From the NCBI GenBank assembly GCA_965243025.1, contig CBDETY010000003.1:2496001-2560000 (forward strand): a stretch of 64,000 nt of DNA, given 5' to 3'. Made by a program: the position numbers and the translations under genes. Positions 27,709 to 37,779 of this stretch are shown one piece after another (position 1 is the first letter of the stretch; the number at the start of each line of letters is the position of its first letter). This stretch comes from Candidatus Latescibacterota bacterium (GTDB lineage Bacteria; Latescibacterota; UBA2968; UBA8231). The notes beneath the pieces were generated by a model. The model saw nothing but the letters and a program-made list of their open reading frames with translations, searched no databases and was not told where the DNA came from.

Positions 27709-29691
27709 GTGAAACAGATTCCCCCCACTCATCAGCCCCGGGTTTCGAGGGGAGGGCCAGGCCCCGCCGACCTCGAGGGAATCCCGGTGCGCGGCATCCT
27801 GATCGGGGCGGTGCTGGCATGCCTGCTCAACGTCTTCGACGCCTATGCGACCAACATCATCCGCGGCTCCTACCTGACCCTCAACTTCAGCACCCCGGCA
27901 GCCCTCTTTTTCTTCTTCTTCGCGGTGATCGCCGCCGGCCTGACCGGGCTCGCCCACCGCGCCTTCGCCCTGGCGCGGTCGGAGCTGATCACCATCTACT
28001 TCATGCTGGTCGTGGCCTGCTGCATTCCCGGGATGGGCTTCACCCAGTTCATGATCCCCTGCCTCCTCGGTTCCACCTACTACGCCACCCAGGAAAACAA
28101 CTGGGATTTCCTCTACAACCAGTACATCCCGCAATGGATGATCCCGCAGGGGGAGAACGTCGCCCGCTACTTCTTCGAAGGGCTTCCCGAGGGAGGGGCG
28201 ATTCCCTGGGAGGCGTGGGCGGGGCCCCTCAGTCTGTGGTACGGCTTCTTCCTGGCGCTCGCCTTCGCAATGATCTGCAGCATGGTCATCCTCCGCCGGC
28301 AGTGGGCCGACCGGGAAAAACTGGTGTACCCACTGGTTCAGGTGCCGATGGAAATGATCGAGAAGGAACGGGGCGGGATCATCGGCAGGTCGTTCTTCAC
28401 CAACAAGGTGATGTGGGCGGGGTTTGCGGTGTCCTTCATCCTGATCAGCGTCAACGGACTGCATTCCTACTACCCGTCCTTTCCCCAGCTCTCAAGGCAC
28501 GTCAGCCTGCCTTTGTTCGGGAATACCAGCCTTCATTTCTGGTTCAGCCCGCCCTGGACCGGGTTCTTCTACTTCGTCAACCTCGACATCACCGCCTCCA
28601 TCTGGATCTTCTACCTCTTCACCACCCTCCAGCGCGCCGTTTTCAATACCGTCGGGCTGCAGAGCACCCAGCGCATCGATTTCTACTCGATAGATCCCTA
28701 CCTCGCCCACCAGGGAATGGGATCGATGATCGTCTTCGTCCTGGTCGGCCTGTGGGTTGCCCGGGGGCACCTGAAGGCTGTTCTCGCCAGGGCCCTCCAC
28801 GGGGGCGGCGGGATCGACGACAGCGGCGAGATCATCTCCTACAGGCAGGCGGTCTTCGGCCTCTTCGCGGGGCTTCTGCTGGTCGCCTTCTGGCTGACGG
28901 CGATCGGGCTGCCGTTTCCCGCGGCCCTGCTGTTCGTTTTCGGGGCGATGGTGCTTTTCATGGGGTTGACGAGGGTGGTCGCGGAGGGAGGCATCCCCGC
29001 CATGCGGCCCCCGATCATGACCTCGAGTTTCGTCATTTCGGCGATCGGTCCCTCGGCGCTGGGGGCATCCGGCCTCGTCGCCCTGGGGTTCTCGTACGGA
29101 TGGCACGCCGAGATCCGCTCGTTCGTGATGTCTTCGGTCGCCAACGGCCTCAAGATGAGCGAGATAATCACCGGCTCGAAGCGCCGACTGTTCTGGGCCG
29201 TGGTCATCGCCGTTCTCGTCAGTCTCGCCGGCTCCTCCTACGTCACCATCGTCATGGCGTACAAGTACGGCGGCATCAATCTCAACCCGCTCTTCTTCGT
29301 CAACCAAGCCCCCCAGTTCGCCCCCCGCGACATGGCCCCCCGCATCGCCGCGGAGCTCGCCGGGCCGCGCTGGGACGCCTGGCTGTTCATGGGAATCGGG
29401 GGTGCGGTCATGGGGGCCCTGATGTGGGCGCGTCACAACTTCCTGTGGTGGCCCCTGAACCCGCTCGGATACACGATCAGCGCCAACTGGAAGACGGGCC
29501 ACATCTTCTGCGCGGCCCTGCTGGCCTGGTTCCTCAAGCTGGTGATCCTGCGCTACGGCGGCCCCCAGCTGTACCGGAACCTGCGCCCCTTTTTCCTCGG
29601 ATTGATCCTCGGGGAGATCATCGCCGCCGGCGGCTGGCTGGTGGCCGACTACCTCACCGGACACATCGGCAGCTTCCTGACCCAGATCTGA
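27709..29691 (+). CDS. Polytopic inner-membrane protein, DUF6785/DUF6784-like (putative transporter)
   Basis: Paralog of 4043..5986: RRQWADREKLVYPLVQVP, HQGMG, DDSGEIISYR, LWWPLNPLG, LRYGG. Confidence 0.8.
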   Translation: MKQIPPTHQPRVSRGGPGPADLEGIPVRGILIGAVLACLLNVFDAYATNIIRGSYLTLNFSTPAALFFFFFAVIAAGLTGLAHRAFALARSELITIYFMLVVACCIPGMGFTQFMIPCLLGSTYYATQENNWDFLYNQYIPQWMIPQGENVARYFFEGLPEGGAIPWEAWAGPLSLWYGFFLALAFAMICSMVILRRQWADREKLVYPLVQVPMEMIEKERGGIIGRSFFTNKVMWAGFAVSFILISVNGLHSYYPSFPQLSRHVSLPLFGNTSLHFWFSPPWTGFFYFVNLDITASIWIFYLFTTLQRAVFNTVGLQSTQRIDFYSIDPYLAHQGMGSMIVFVLVGLWVARGHLKAVLARALHGGGGIDDSGEIISYRQAVFGLFAGLLLVAFWLTAIGLPFPAALLFVFGAMVLFMGLTRVVAEGGIPAMRPPIMTSSFVISAIGPSALGASGLVALGFSYGWHAEIRSFVMSSVANGLKMSEIITGSKRRLFWAVVIAVLVSLAGSSYVTIVMAYKYGGINLNPLFFVNQAPQFAPRDMAPRIAAELAGPRWDAWLFMGIGGAVMGALMWARHNFLWWPLNPLGYTISANWKTGHIFCAALLAWFLKLVILRYGGPQLYRNLRPFFLGLILGEIIAAGGWLVADYLTGHIGSFLTQI

Positions 29692-29698
29692 GCCTCGG

Positions 29699-31456
29699 TC
29701 ATGACCGGGGCGGAATCACCGGCAGGACGATGTGGGAGGGCCTCATCGAATCGCGCATGACGGTGTTGATCGCCGGCTGCCCCGAGGCCTCCCGGTGGAT
29801 TGGCCCGCCGCTGTTGAGGTTGCGGTCGAACCGGGGAAAGCTGCTGCTGGTCACCACCACCCTGATGCGGTGCCCCTCGAGGAAGACATTGCTGGTCGCC
29901 CACAAGTCGACCTCGAAGCGGTAGACCTTGCCCGGGTCCAGCAGCCTGGGATTGGCAAACGATTCCCGGTAACGAGCCCGCAGGATGCCGTCGCACACCG
30001 GGCGGGAGTACCCGTCCGGATGCACGTCGGTCAGGCGCACCACCCAGTCGGTGTCGGGAGCTGACGACATCCCGAAGAGCACCGCCCTCACCGGACCGGT
30101 GACCTCCAGCTCCTCCCGCAGCGGTTCGCTCGTGTAGGTGAGGCAGATCCCGTCGACCGGGCGCTGGTCTATCACCCCGTCGGAAATGTGAAGGGTGTTG
30201 CCCCCCAGGGTGGGGACCGGCTTCTCCGGATCGTAGAGAAAGCTGTCGGGACTGTCGGCTCCGGCCGGTGCTTCCCTGGACAGGGTTCCGTCGTTCAGGG
30301 ACGCGATCGATCCGCTCGTTCCGCCGCGAAAGAAGAAACTGGTGTACTCCGTATCTGGCAGCGGCCAGTCCGGTTCGTCCCGCCACTCGTTGCGCCCCAT
30401 CACGAAGATGCGGACCGGCGGCTCGTCCATGACGCCGTTGTCGATTCCCTTGAGCCAGTAGTCGAACCAGGGCAGGCGCATCCCGTTGAAATCCCCGGCG
30501 GCCCCGGGACCGAAGTCGAACTCGCCGGCGACCTGCTTGCCGATGTTCGGCGAGCCGTGGACCCAGGGACCGATGATGAGCTTCTGGCCCCGGCGCGCCT
30601 CTTCGGTGCGCGCCCGCGCCTTCATCCCCATGTAGTTCTTCAGGGTGCCGGCGAGAAAGATGTCGAACCACCCCCCCTGGTGATACGCCGGGGTCTCGAC
30701 CTGGTCGTGGTAGGGCTCGATGTTGAACTCGTCCCAGTACGGGCCCGCCTCCGGGTGTTCGAGCCACACGTTGTGCCAGTCGCTCAGTCCCTCGAGGAAC
30801 CGGCACGGGTAGACGGGCAGCCTTCCGAACCAGTCCTCCATCTCCTCACCCACCTTGCGCAGCAGCTTCCTCTGGCGCTCGAGCTCCGCCCCTTCGGCGA
30901 GGTGTTCGATATTCATCCCGGTGACCGTGCGCGCCCAGGCGGTGCTGAATCCGAGCTCGAACGCCCCGTCCCGGTAGACCCACTCCCGCTGGTAGTCGGC
31001 GGAGGATTCGCGCACGAACAGGGCCCGCAGATGGGGGGGCCGGCTCAACGCCGCCTGGTACTGGGTCGCCCCGGAGTAGGAGCCGCCGATCATGCCGACC
31101 CTGCCGTTGCACCAGGGTTGGGCGGCAAGCCACTCGACCGTGTCGTAGCCGTCGCGGTTGACGCCGGCCCCGTCGTCCCTGAAGGGCTGGAAGTCGCCGT
31201 CCGAGGCGCACCTGCCGCGCACGTCCTGAATGACCACCGCGTACCCCCTGGTGGCGAAGAACCGGGGCGAGCCCACCGCGTTTTCCGATGCCCCGTCCTT
31301 GTTGTAGGGGGTGCGCTCCACCAGGACGGGGAACGGCCCTTCGGCATCGGGCCGCGTCAGGTCGCCGCGCAGAATCGTTCCGTCCCGCATCGGCATTTCG
31401 AGGTCCTTCTCGAATACCGTCTCGTGGCGGGGTTGCGAGAGGAGTTCCGGGTTCAC
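29699..31456 (-). CDS. CocE/NonD family serine hydrolase
   Basis: GTG 31456 after GAAAGGA. MRDGTILRGD, RTPY, QDVRG, nucleophile GGSYSG, GWFD, IIGPWVH, C-terminal SSFPRFDRN. Confidence 0.92.
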   Translation of the reverse strand: MNPELLSQPRHETVFEKDLEMPMRDGTILRGDLTRPDAEGPFPVLVERTPYNKDGASENAVGSPRFFATRGYAVVIQDVRGRCASDGDFQPFRDDGAGVNRDGYDTVEWLAAQPWCNGRVGMIGGSYSGATQYQAALSRPPHLRALFVRESSADYQREWVYRDGAFELGFSTAWARTVTGMNIEHLAEGAELERQRKLLRKVGEEMEDWFGRLPVYPCRFLEGLSDWHNVWLEHPEAGPYWDEFNIEPYHDQVETPAYHQGGWFDIFLAGTLKNYMGMKARARTEEARRGQKLIIGPWVHGSPNIGKQVAGEFDFGPGAAGDFNGMRLPWFDYWLKGIDNGVMDEPPVRIFVMGRNEWRDEPDWPLPDTEYTSFFFRGGTSGSIASLNDGTLSREAPAGADSPDSFLYDPEKPVPTLGGNTLHISDGVIDQRPVDGICLTYTSEPLREELEVTGPVRAVLFGMSSAPDTDWVVRLTDVHPDGYSRPVCDGILRARYRESFANPRLLDPGKVYRFEVDLWATSNVFLEGHRIRVVVTSSSFPRFDRNLNSGGPIHREASGQPAINTVMRDSMRPSHIVLPVIPPRS

Positions 31457-31654
31457 GGACGGGATCCTTTCAGTTCGGTTGCGAGCCTGCCGGTCATGTC
31501 CGGACAGCGCCTTATCGGAGGAGGCTGGCGGCAGCGGCAAAAACGGCTGGCACCCATGCGTTCCGGGAATACCGCACGCAGGGCAACGAGGTGCTCCGCC
31601 CGCTACCGGTCCGGCCGCAGGCTTGCCGCGAAACCCGGACAGGCCAGGCTGCGC

Positions 31655-32806
31655 TCACGGAAGCGCCTCGAGGAGGCGGTCGATGTCGTCGTGGTTGTTG
31701 TACACCGAAGGGGACAGGCGCATCTTGTTGCCGAAGCGCATCGCAATGTGGACGGCGTTCTTCCGGCAGGCGGCCATCGCCCCTTCCGGGTCGGGGGCGG
31801 TGAAGGCGAGTATAGGACTCTCGTTGCCTTTCGGCGTGATCGATTCGTACCCCCTGCGAGGCAGCTCTTCCTGCAGGCGGCCGGCCAACTCCCGCGAGTG
31901 GCTGCGTATGTTGCCGACCCCGAGGCCCAGGATGTACGCGATACTCTCCGTGGCGCATACCACTCCCTCGTAGGAGGGGTAGCTGACCTCGTAGGCGCCT
32001 GCGCCCGACGCCGGGGAAAACGAGATCTCTTCGCGGTCCGGGTCGGCGCTGTCGACCCAGGGCGGATAGTTGAACGACACACCCCCGGTGGGCTGCGACG
32101 GCTCGAGCACCGTTCCCTGCAGGTCCGAGCGCACGTACAGGAACCCGAACCCCTTGACTCCCATCAGCCACTTGAAGGTCGAGCAGGCGGCGAAATCGAT
32201 CCCCATCGCCCTGACGTCGATCGGCACCCCGCCTGCCGCCTGCATGATGTCGGCGTAGAGGTAGGCCCCGTTGGCGTGCGCCAGCTCCCCGAGGGCAGCC
32301 GCGTCGGCGAGCAAGCCGTTTACATTGGAGACCAGGGCCACCGAGATCAGGCGGGTATCGCCGTCGACGGCGCGCTCCATGTCGGCCATGTCGATCTGCC
32401 AGTTGCGGTTCCTGACGATCCGCACTTCGAGCCCGCGGCGCTCGCGGAACTTGTAGTTGTGTATGCATGGATTGAAGGCCAGGTCGGAGATGACGACGTT
32501 GCCCCCCGCCAGGTGGTCTCCCAGTCCGTTGAGGATGTTGCTCTCCGACTCGACGGTGCTGCGCGCGAAGGCGATCTCCCCCGGGTCGGCGTTGATAAGG
32601 CGGGCGAACAGCGTCTTTACCTCGTTCCGCGGCGCCGCCCAGGCCGGCCACCAGGGCTCCCCTACCTCGTGGGTCACCCAGTCGACGTAGCGGTGCAGGG
32701 CCGCCGCCGAGCGCACGCTTATCGGGTGCGAAGAGGCGTTGTCGAAGTAGGCCATGGTGCGCGCCCGCGGAAAATCCTCGCGCACCCGGGCGGGAATGCC
32801 GCTCAT
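31655..32806 (-). CDS. Aminotransferase class V PLP-dependent enzyme
   Basis: YFDNAS, ADIMQAAG, STFKWLMG (PLP lysine), RLSPSVYN. No desulfurase catalytic Cys loop is evident. Confidence 0.88.
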   Translation of the reverse strand: MSGIPARVREDFPRARTMAYFDNASSHPISVRSAAALHRYVDWVTHEVGEPWWPAWAAPRNEVKTLFARLINADPGEIAFARSTVESESNILNGLGDHLAGGNVVISDLAFNPCIHNYKFRERRGLEVRIVRNRNWQIDMADMERAVDGDTRLISVALVSNVNGLLADAAALGELAHANGAYLYADIMQAAGGVPIDVRAMGIDFAACSTFKWLMGVKGFGFLYVRSDLQGTVLEPSQPTGGVSFNYPPWVDSADPDREEISFSPASGAGAYEVSYPSYEGVVCATESIAYILGLGVGNIRSHSRELAGRLQEELPRRGYESITPKGNESPILAFTAPDPEGAMAACRKNAVHIAMRFGNKMRLSPSVYNNHDDIDRLLEALP

Positions 32807-34119
32807 ATCCGCCCCTCCTCCGGAACCGTGCGGCCCCCGTCCCAGTAGGATGCGGGAATGGTGCCGGTCGGCCAGTACCGTTCCCCGGCGTACTCGTCCC
32901 ACCGGTTGCCGCACAGGGAGCTGATGACCGTCCATTCCGCGGCGCCGAAGTCCGGTTCGGGGTGGTAGAGGAAGCGCTTCAGCCCCGCCCGCTGCGAGGC
33001 GGCGAGGATTCCGTGCAGGTCGCGCGCCTGCATCTGGTCGCCCCCGTGAGGCCCGCGGCCGGTGGAGACCCAGGCGATCACCTTGTCGGGGTCGCCGATG
33101 GCGTCGAGGGCGCGCCGCGTCTCGCTGTAGACCACCTCGCTGAAGAACTCGTCGGGAAAGCCCATCTCCATGTCCATCAGGGAGTTGACGCCGGGCAGCT
33201 CGATCCCGAGAAGCGCCTTTACCGCGGCGAAACAGTCCGTCTCGGTCAGCGACGGATTCCAGTTTCCCAGCCGCTTCACCCACCGCGCGATCGTTCCGTA
33301 CATCCCGTCCATGCCGCGGTGCCAGAAGTAATGCTTGGGAAAGATGTAGTCGAAGTACTCCGCCATCCGGTGGTAGTTCTGGCCGGTCAGGGAGGACCAG
33401 GTCACCGCCCGCGGAATCCCCCCGAGCTCGACCTTGCGGTCGACGCCGTCGACCTGCTCCCGCATGAAGCGCCAGTCGGCGCGGGAGCGCTCCTGGCGCT
33501 GGCGCAGCCAGTAGAGAACGTCCTCGTCGACGTCGAACAGGATCAGCGAGGCCAGCATCCCCCCGTCGGCGTGGTAGCGCACCAACTCCGGTGTGAGGTT
33601 GTGCAGGCGCTCGCGCAGATGGGCGATGCCGCGGCGGATGCGGTCGACCTCGGCGCCGATCTGCGAGAAGCGCTCCTCCTCCCCAGGGCGCAGCTCCAGC
33701 AGCTCGCCGCCGTGGTGGAAGGCGAGCTCGTAGTGGTTCTCCCCCGGGCCGTCGGAGATCACCCCGTGCGCCTGCGGAAAGGCGTTCATCAGGTCCTGCA
33801 CCTGCACGGTGGGCCCGGTGCCGCTGAAGACCAGGATTCGCCAGCCGCGCCCGGCGGCGTTGTCGAGCATCGCCTGCAGCTTCTTCTCCTTTTCGGTGTC
33901 GCGCGGGGCGGCTTCGGGTGGCTCGGCTCCGAAGGACTCGTACAGCTTGCGGTCCGGAGCCCAGGCCGGAATCCTGGTGCCGTCCTCCTGGAGGAAGGAC
34001 ATGCGGCCGACGGCGAGGCCGCGCACCCCGCCGTCCTCCCATGCGTCGAAGCGGTCCTCGAAGCCCTCGAGCCAGTGCTCGAGGGGACTGTCGCTGCAGG
34101 TGAACACCCAGAGTTTCAT
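32803..34119 (-). CDS. Conserved hypothetical protein, 438 aa (possible TIM-barrel/glycoside-hydrolase-like)
   Basis: Start MKLWV at 34119 after AGGAG. Overlaps the aminotransferase start by 4 bp. Natural composition. The 1032-aa track ORF is over-extended. Confidence 0.72.
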   Translation of the reverse strand: MKLWVFTCSDSPLEHWLEGFEDRFDAWEDGGVRGLAVGRMSFLQEDGTRIPAWAPDRKLYESFGAEPPEAAPRDTEKEKKLQAMLDNAAGRGWRILVFSGTGPTVQVQDLMNAFPQAHGVISDGPGENHYELAFHHGGELLELRPGEEERFSQIGAEVDRIRRGIAHLRERLHNLTPELVRYHADGGMLASLILFDVDEDVLYWLRQRQERSRADWRFMREQVDGVDRKVELGGIPRAVTWSSLTGQNYHRMAEYFDYIFPKHYFWHRGMDGMYGTIARWVKRLGNWNPSLTETDCFAAVKALLGIELPGVNSLMDMEMGFPDEFFSEVVYSETRRALDAIGDPDKVIAWVSTGRGPHGGDQMQARDLHGILAASQRAGLKRFLYHPEPDFGAAEWTVISSLCGNRWDEYAGERYWPTGTIPASYWDGGRTVPEEGRI

Positions 34120-34162
34120 CTTCTCTCCTGTTCTCCGGTTGAAGGGCGGCGCCGCGCGGCGT

Positions 34163-34193
34163 AGAGTAGGTGGCCGAACCCGGGCGATGTCAA
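34163..34193 (-). promoter_or_regulatory. Possible sigma70-type promoter for the 34119 operon
   Basis: Minus strand TTGACA (34193-34188), 19-nt spacer, TACTCT (34168-34163). The spacer is longer than optimal. Confidence 0.3.
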
Positions 34194-34470
34194 GCCGCCT
34201 GGAGAGCCTCGTGGAAGAAGCGGCCGCCAGGAGATGCGGACCGGGCGTCCTCGCCGCCGCCGCCCCGGCCGGGACCGCCGCAGGAAACCCGGCCCGGTGA
34301 CCAAACCGGGGGGAACGGCAGAGAATGGGAGTTCTGGACGACCATCGGAAAAGTGGACCGCGGGAATCGAATCCGGCTGCTGCGGCCCTTGCCGCCCGGT
34401 TTCCGGGCGGTAACTCGCTGCCCCATCTCCCCTCGACTCCCGCTGCCCGCGCGCATGACTTCAGACTGCG

Positions 34471-35895
34471 ATGACCCCTGCCGGCCGCCGACAACATTCC
34501 GAGGTGATCCTCGAGGGATACGGTCTTCCCTACTGGCTCGACTTCGAGCGCCCGTCCTACCCCTGCCTCGATGAGCGGGTGCAGGCCGACGCCGCGGTCA
34601 TCGGCGCCGGCATCGCGGGATTGAAGATCGCCGAATGCCTCAGCGGCCGCGGTCTCTCCTGCGTCGTCGTCGACGCCGGCAGAGTGGGAGAGGGCGCATC
34701 TTCCCGCAACCAGGGATGCATCGTCACCGGCCTCGGGACGCCCTACTCCGAGCTGGTGCGGAAGGTCCCCCGGGAGATGGCGCGCTCCCTGGTGGCCCTC
34801 AGCTGTCACAACCAGGATCTGCTCGTCGAGCAGATGGAGCGCCACGCCATCCGCTGCGGTTACGAGGTCCTCGGCGAGACCGCACTGATCCGGGGCGACC
34901 AGGCGGATTGCGTCGGGGCGCTCGAATCGCTCCGCGCCGACGCGGAGCTGCTCCGAGAGGACGGTTTCGCCGCCGAGTGCCTCGATGCGGAGGAGGCGCG
35001 GGAAGCTACCGGTTCCCCGCTGTTCGCCGGCGGCATACGGTTCCCCCGGGACGCCCAGTTCCACTCGGGCCGCTTCGCCGCCGGCCTCGGGGCGGCTGTC
35101 TCCCGCCTGCCCGGCGTCCGCCTGTTCGAGGCCTCGCCGGTGCTGTCGATCCAGCGGCGCGGCGGCGGCCACCTGGTCCGGACCCCGCGAGGCGAGGTCG
35201 GATGCAGCCACCTCTTCGTGGCGACCAATGCCCTCGCCCCCCAGCTGCTGCCGGGGCTGACCGGCAGTCTGCGGGCGGAACGCGGGCAGGTGCTGGTGAC
35301 CGAGCCGCTGGCGGCGCGGCCCTGCCGCGGCTGCTTCGGGGGCGGGCTTGCCTGGTGGCGGGACATCCGCGAAGCGGACGGCCGCTGGCGGCTGCTCTTC
35401 GGCGGGGCGAGGCGCCGCGACGAGCCCGACAGCCTGTTCAGGCAGTACGGCACCGACGGCAGGCGGAATCCACGCCTCGGGAACGGTTTCCTCCCGACTG
35501 CCGCCCACCAGCGCCGCCTGCATGCGCGCCTCGCCGAGATCTTCCCGCATCTGGCCGGGGTCCGCATCACCCATCGCTGGGGAGGCCTGCAGTCGTTCAC
35601 CGGCGACGGCCTGCCGGTGATCGGCGCCCTCGATCCGGAGCGGCGCATCTACGGCATGGCGGGCTTCTCCGGGATGGGAAACTCCTATTCCAACGTCGGC
35701 GCCGCCTACCTCGCCGACCGCGCCGCCGGCGTGACGGGAGAGGTCGAGCGGCGTTTCGGCGCTGCGGTCGAGATGCTCCTGGCCCCGCACCGTGAGGGGG
35801 CGCGCTGGCCGGGACCGGAGCCGACCCTCGCGCGCGCCGGAACCGCCGGGGTCGCCAGTCCCGGCCGGACCTCCCCGGGCGAGGCCTCCACATAG
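34471..35895 (+). CDS. FAD-dependent oxidoreductase (DAO/PuuB-like)
   Basis: VIGAGIAG dinucleotide motif, GASSRNQG, VATNA, HRWGGLQSFTGDGLPVIG, AGFSGMG. Confidence 0.9.
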   Translation: MTPAGRRQHSEVILEGYGLPYWLDFERPSYPCLDERVQADAAVIGAGIAGLKIAECLSGRGLSCVVVDAGRVGEGASSRNQGCIVTGLGTPYSELVRKVPREMARSLVALSCHNQDLLVEQMERHAIRCGYEVLGETALIRGDQADCVGALESLRADAELLREDGFAAECLDAEEAREATGSPLFAGGIRFPRDAQFHSGRFAAGLGAAVSRLPGVRLFEASPVLSIQRRGGGHLVRTPRGEVGCSHLFVATNALAPQLLPGLTGSLRAERGQVLVTEPLAARPCRGCFGGGLAWWRDIREADGRWRLLFGGARRRDEPDSLFRQYGTDGRRNPRLGNGFLPTAAHQRRLHARLAEIFPHLAGVRITHRWGGLQSFTGDGLPVIGALDPERRIYGMAGFSGMGNSYSNVGAAYLADRAAGVTGEVERRFGAAVEMLLAPHREGARWPGPEPTLARAGTAGVASPGRTSPGEAST

Positions 35896-36151
35896 TTCCA
35901 TGAACGCACCTCAACGGCGCAAGCCGTTCGCCCGGGCTGCCGCAATCGTTCGCGAACGCCGTCCTGAACGTCCCGCCCCTGCGGCCGCCCCGCCAGCGAC
36001 TTGACAAACCCGGGAAGAATTTCCCCCTGTTGCCGGGGTCGAACTCTCGCAGGTCCTCCCCCGGGAGGTCCAGGTCCGAACCGACGGCATCCCGCTGTCG
36101 ACACCCCAGGAAGCTGAAGTCGCAGCTCCCGAAAACGGCCAGGAGCTCATC

Positions 36152-37624
36152 ATGCCGAACCCGTACAGCCCCGAACAAGAAGCCGGCGGCGATCCCCCGG
36201 CCGGCAGGGCCGCCCTCCTCACCGACGGACAGGTGCAGCAGTTCATCGCCGACGGGTACCTGACCGTTCACGCCGACTACCCCCCTTCCTTCCACGAGGG
36301 CATACGCCGGAAGCTCGACTCCGTGCTGGAACAGGAGGGGAACCCGGGAAACAACATACTGCCGCGCATCCCGGAGATCGGGCACGTCTTCCGGCATCCC
36401 GCGGTCGCCGGCGCCCTGACAAGCCTCCTCGGTCCGGGATACATCCTCAATCCGCACCGGCATTGCCACCTCAACCCCCCTGGAAGCAGGGGCCAGACCT
36501 GGCACAAGGACTGCTACGTCTACGACCACAACCTGCGCCACCCGCGTTTCTCCTGGGTGCTCGCCTTCTACTACCCGCAGGACACCACCCCGGAGATGGG
36601 CCCGTCGGGACTCCTGCCGGGGACGCAGTTCCACCGGACGATAAGCGATCCGGACCCCGCAATCACCCGGGAGCCGGAGGCGGCGGTCTGCGGCCCGGCC
36701 GGCACGGTGGCCCTCATTCACTTCGACTCCTGGCACCGCGCCATCCGCAACGCAGGCAACCTTGGCCGCTACATGCTCAAATTCCAGTTCGCGCGCCTGC
36801 GCGAACCGGCGGCCCCCGCCTGGGACCACCGCGAACCCTCCTGGGCCCCGGAAAACGCCAACCCCAGTCCGCGGGTTTCCCGCGACGTATGGGACTGGAT
36901 GCTGGGCCCCGGTGCGAATGGCGACGGCAGTCCGGAAGCGGGGCCTGCTGCTGAAGGAGATTCCGAGGCGGCTCGCCTCGAAGCGGCGTACCGGCTCGCC
37001 GCGGCCGGCGAACCCGCGGTCGCCGAACTGATCGCCGCGATGCGGGAGCAGACCCTGGCCGCCCTCGAGGAGACCACGGCGAAAACCCCCGACAACGCGC
37101 ACGGGACCAACCCGACCCCGGGCCCGGCCGCCACCGCCCTGACCGCGGCCGGGGCCGCCGCGGTGCCGGCCCTGATCGACACCCTGGGAGACTCCCACTG
37201 GTGGGTGCGGGCGGTCGCCGCCGGCGCCCTCGCCCGCATGGGCGCCGAGGCCGCCGAGGCGGTCCCGGGCCTGACCGCGGCCCTCGGGGACGATCACTGG
37301 TGGGTGCGCAGGAACGCCGCCGAGGCGCTGGGGACGGCCGGCCTGTACGGCGGCGGGCTCGTGAGGGAAATGGGAAGGCTGCTCGGCGACGGCGACTACC
37401 GCGTCCGCCGCAACGCGGCGCTGACCCTGGCCAAGGTCGGCCCGGACGCCGGGGCCGCGGTCCCCGCCATCCTTCCCCTGCTGGAGGATGAGAACCGGTA
37501 CAACCGCTTCTACGGGGGACTGGCCCTGCGCCGCATCGGCACGGGCAGGGCAGGCGAAGCCCTGCTCGAATCCCTGTTCGAGTCGCGCTGGTGCCCGCTG
37601 ACCACGAAGGACGACATGTACTGA
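36152..37624 (+). CDS. Phytanoyl-CoA dioxygenase (PhyH) family domain fused to HEAT repeats
   Basis: QFIADGYL, HxD motif WHKD, distal WHR. C-terminal repeats AVPALIDTLGDSHWWVRAVAAGALARMG / DDHWWVRRNAAEALG / DGDYRVRRNAALTLAKVG. Confidence 0.87.
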   Translation: MPNPYSPEQEAGGDPPAGRAALLTDGQVQQFIADGYLTVHADYPPSFHEGIRRKLDSVLEQEGNPGNNILPRIPEIGHVFRHPAVAGALTSLLGPGYILNPHRHCHLNPPGSRGQTWHKDCYVYDHNLRHPRFSWVLAFYYPQDTTPEMGPSGLLPGTQFHRTISDPDPAITREPEAAVCGPAGTVALIHFDSWHRAIRNAGNLGRYMLKFQFARLREPAAPAWDHREPSWAPENANPSPRVSRDVWDWMLGPGANGDGSPEAGPAAEGDSEAARLEAAYRLAAAGEPAVAELIAAMREQTLAALEETTAKTPDNAHGTNPTPGPAATALTAAGAAAVPALIDTLGDSHWWVRAVAAGALARMGAEAAEAVPGLTAALGDDHWWVRRNAAEALGTAGLYGGGLVREMGRLLGDGDYRVRRNAALTLAKVGPDAGAAVPAILPLLEDENRYNRFYGGLALRRIGTGRAGEALLESLFESRWCPLTTKDDMY

Positions 37625-37779
37625 AACCTCCGGCAGGGACCTCAGGCGGTCGGGCAATCAACCCTTCCGACGCATCGACGTTCGGGCAAGGCCGGGTCAG
37701 TTCGGCCGAAAACACAGGCGAAGCGCATGAGGCGCTACCCGTGATTGGACCGGCAGCACGCCGACGGTTGCAACAGCCC

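Noticed and set aside
36001-36030. Perfect TTGACA upstream of the PhyH-HEAT gene (and another inside the MITE)
   Set aside because: No acceptable -10 hexamer at 16-18 bp spacing.
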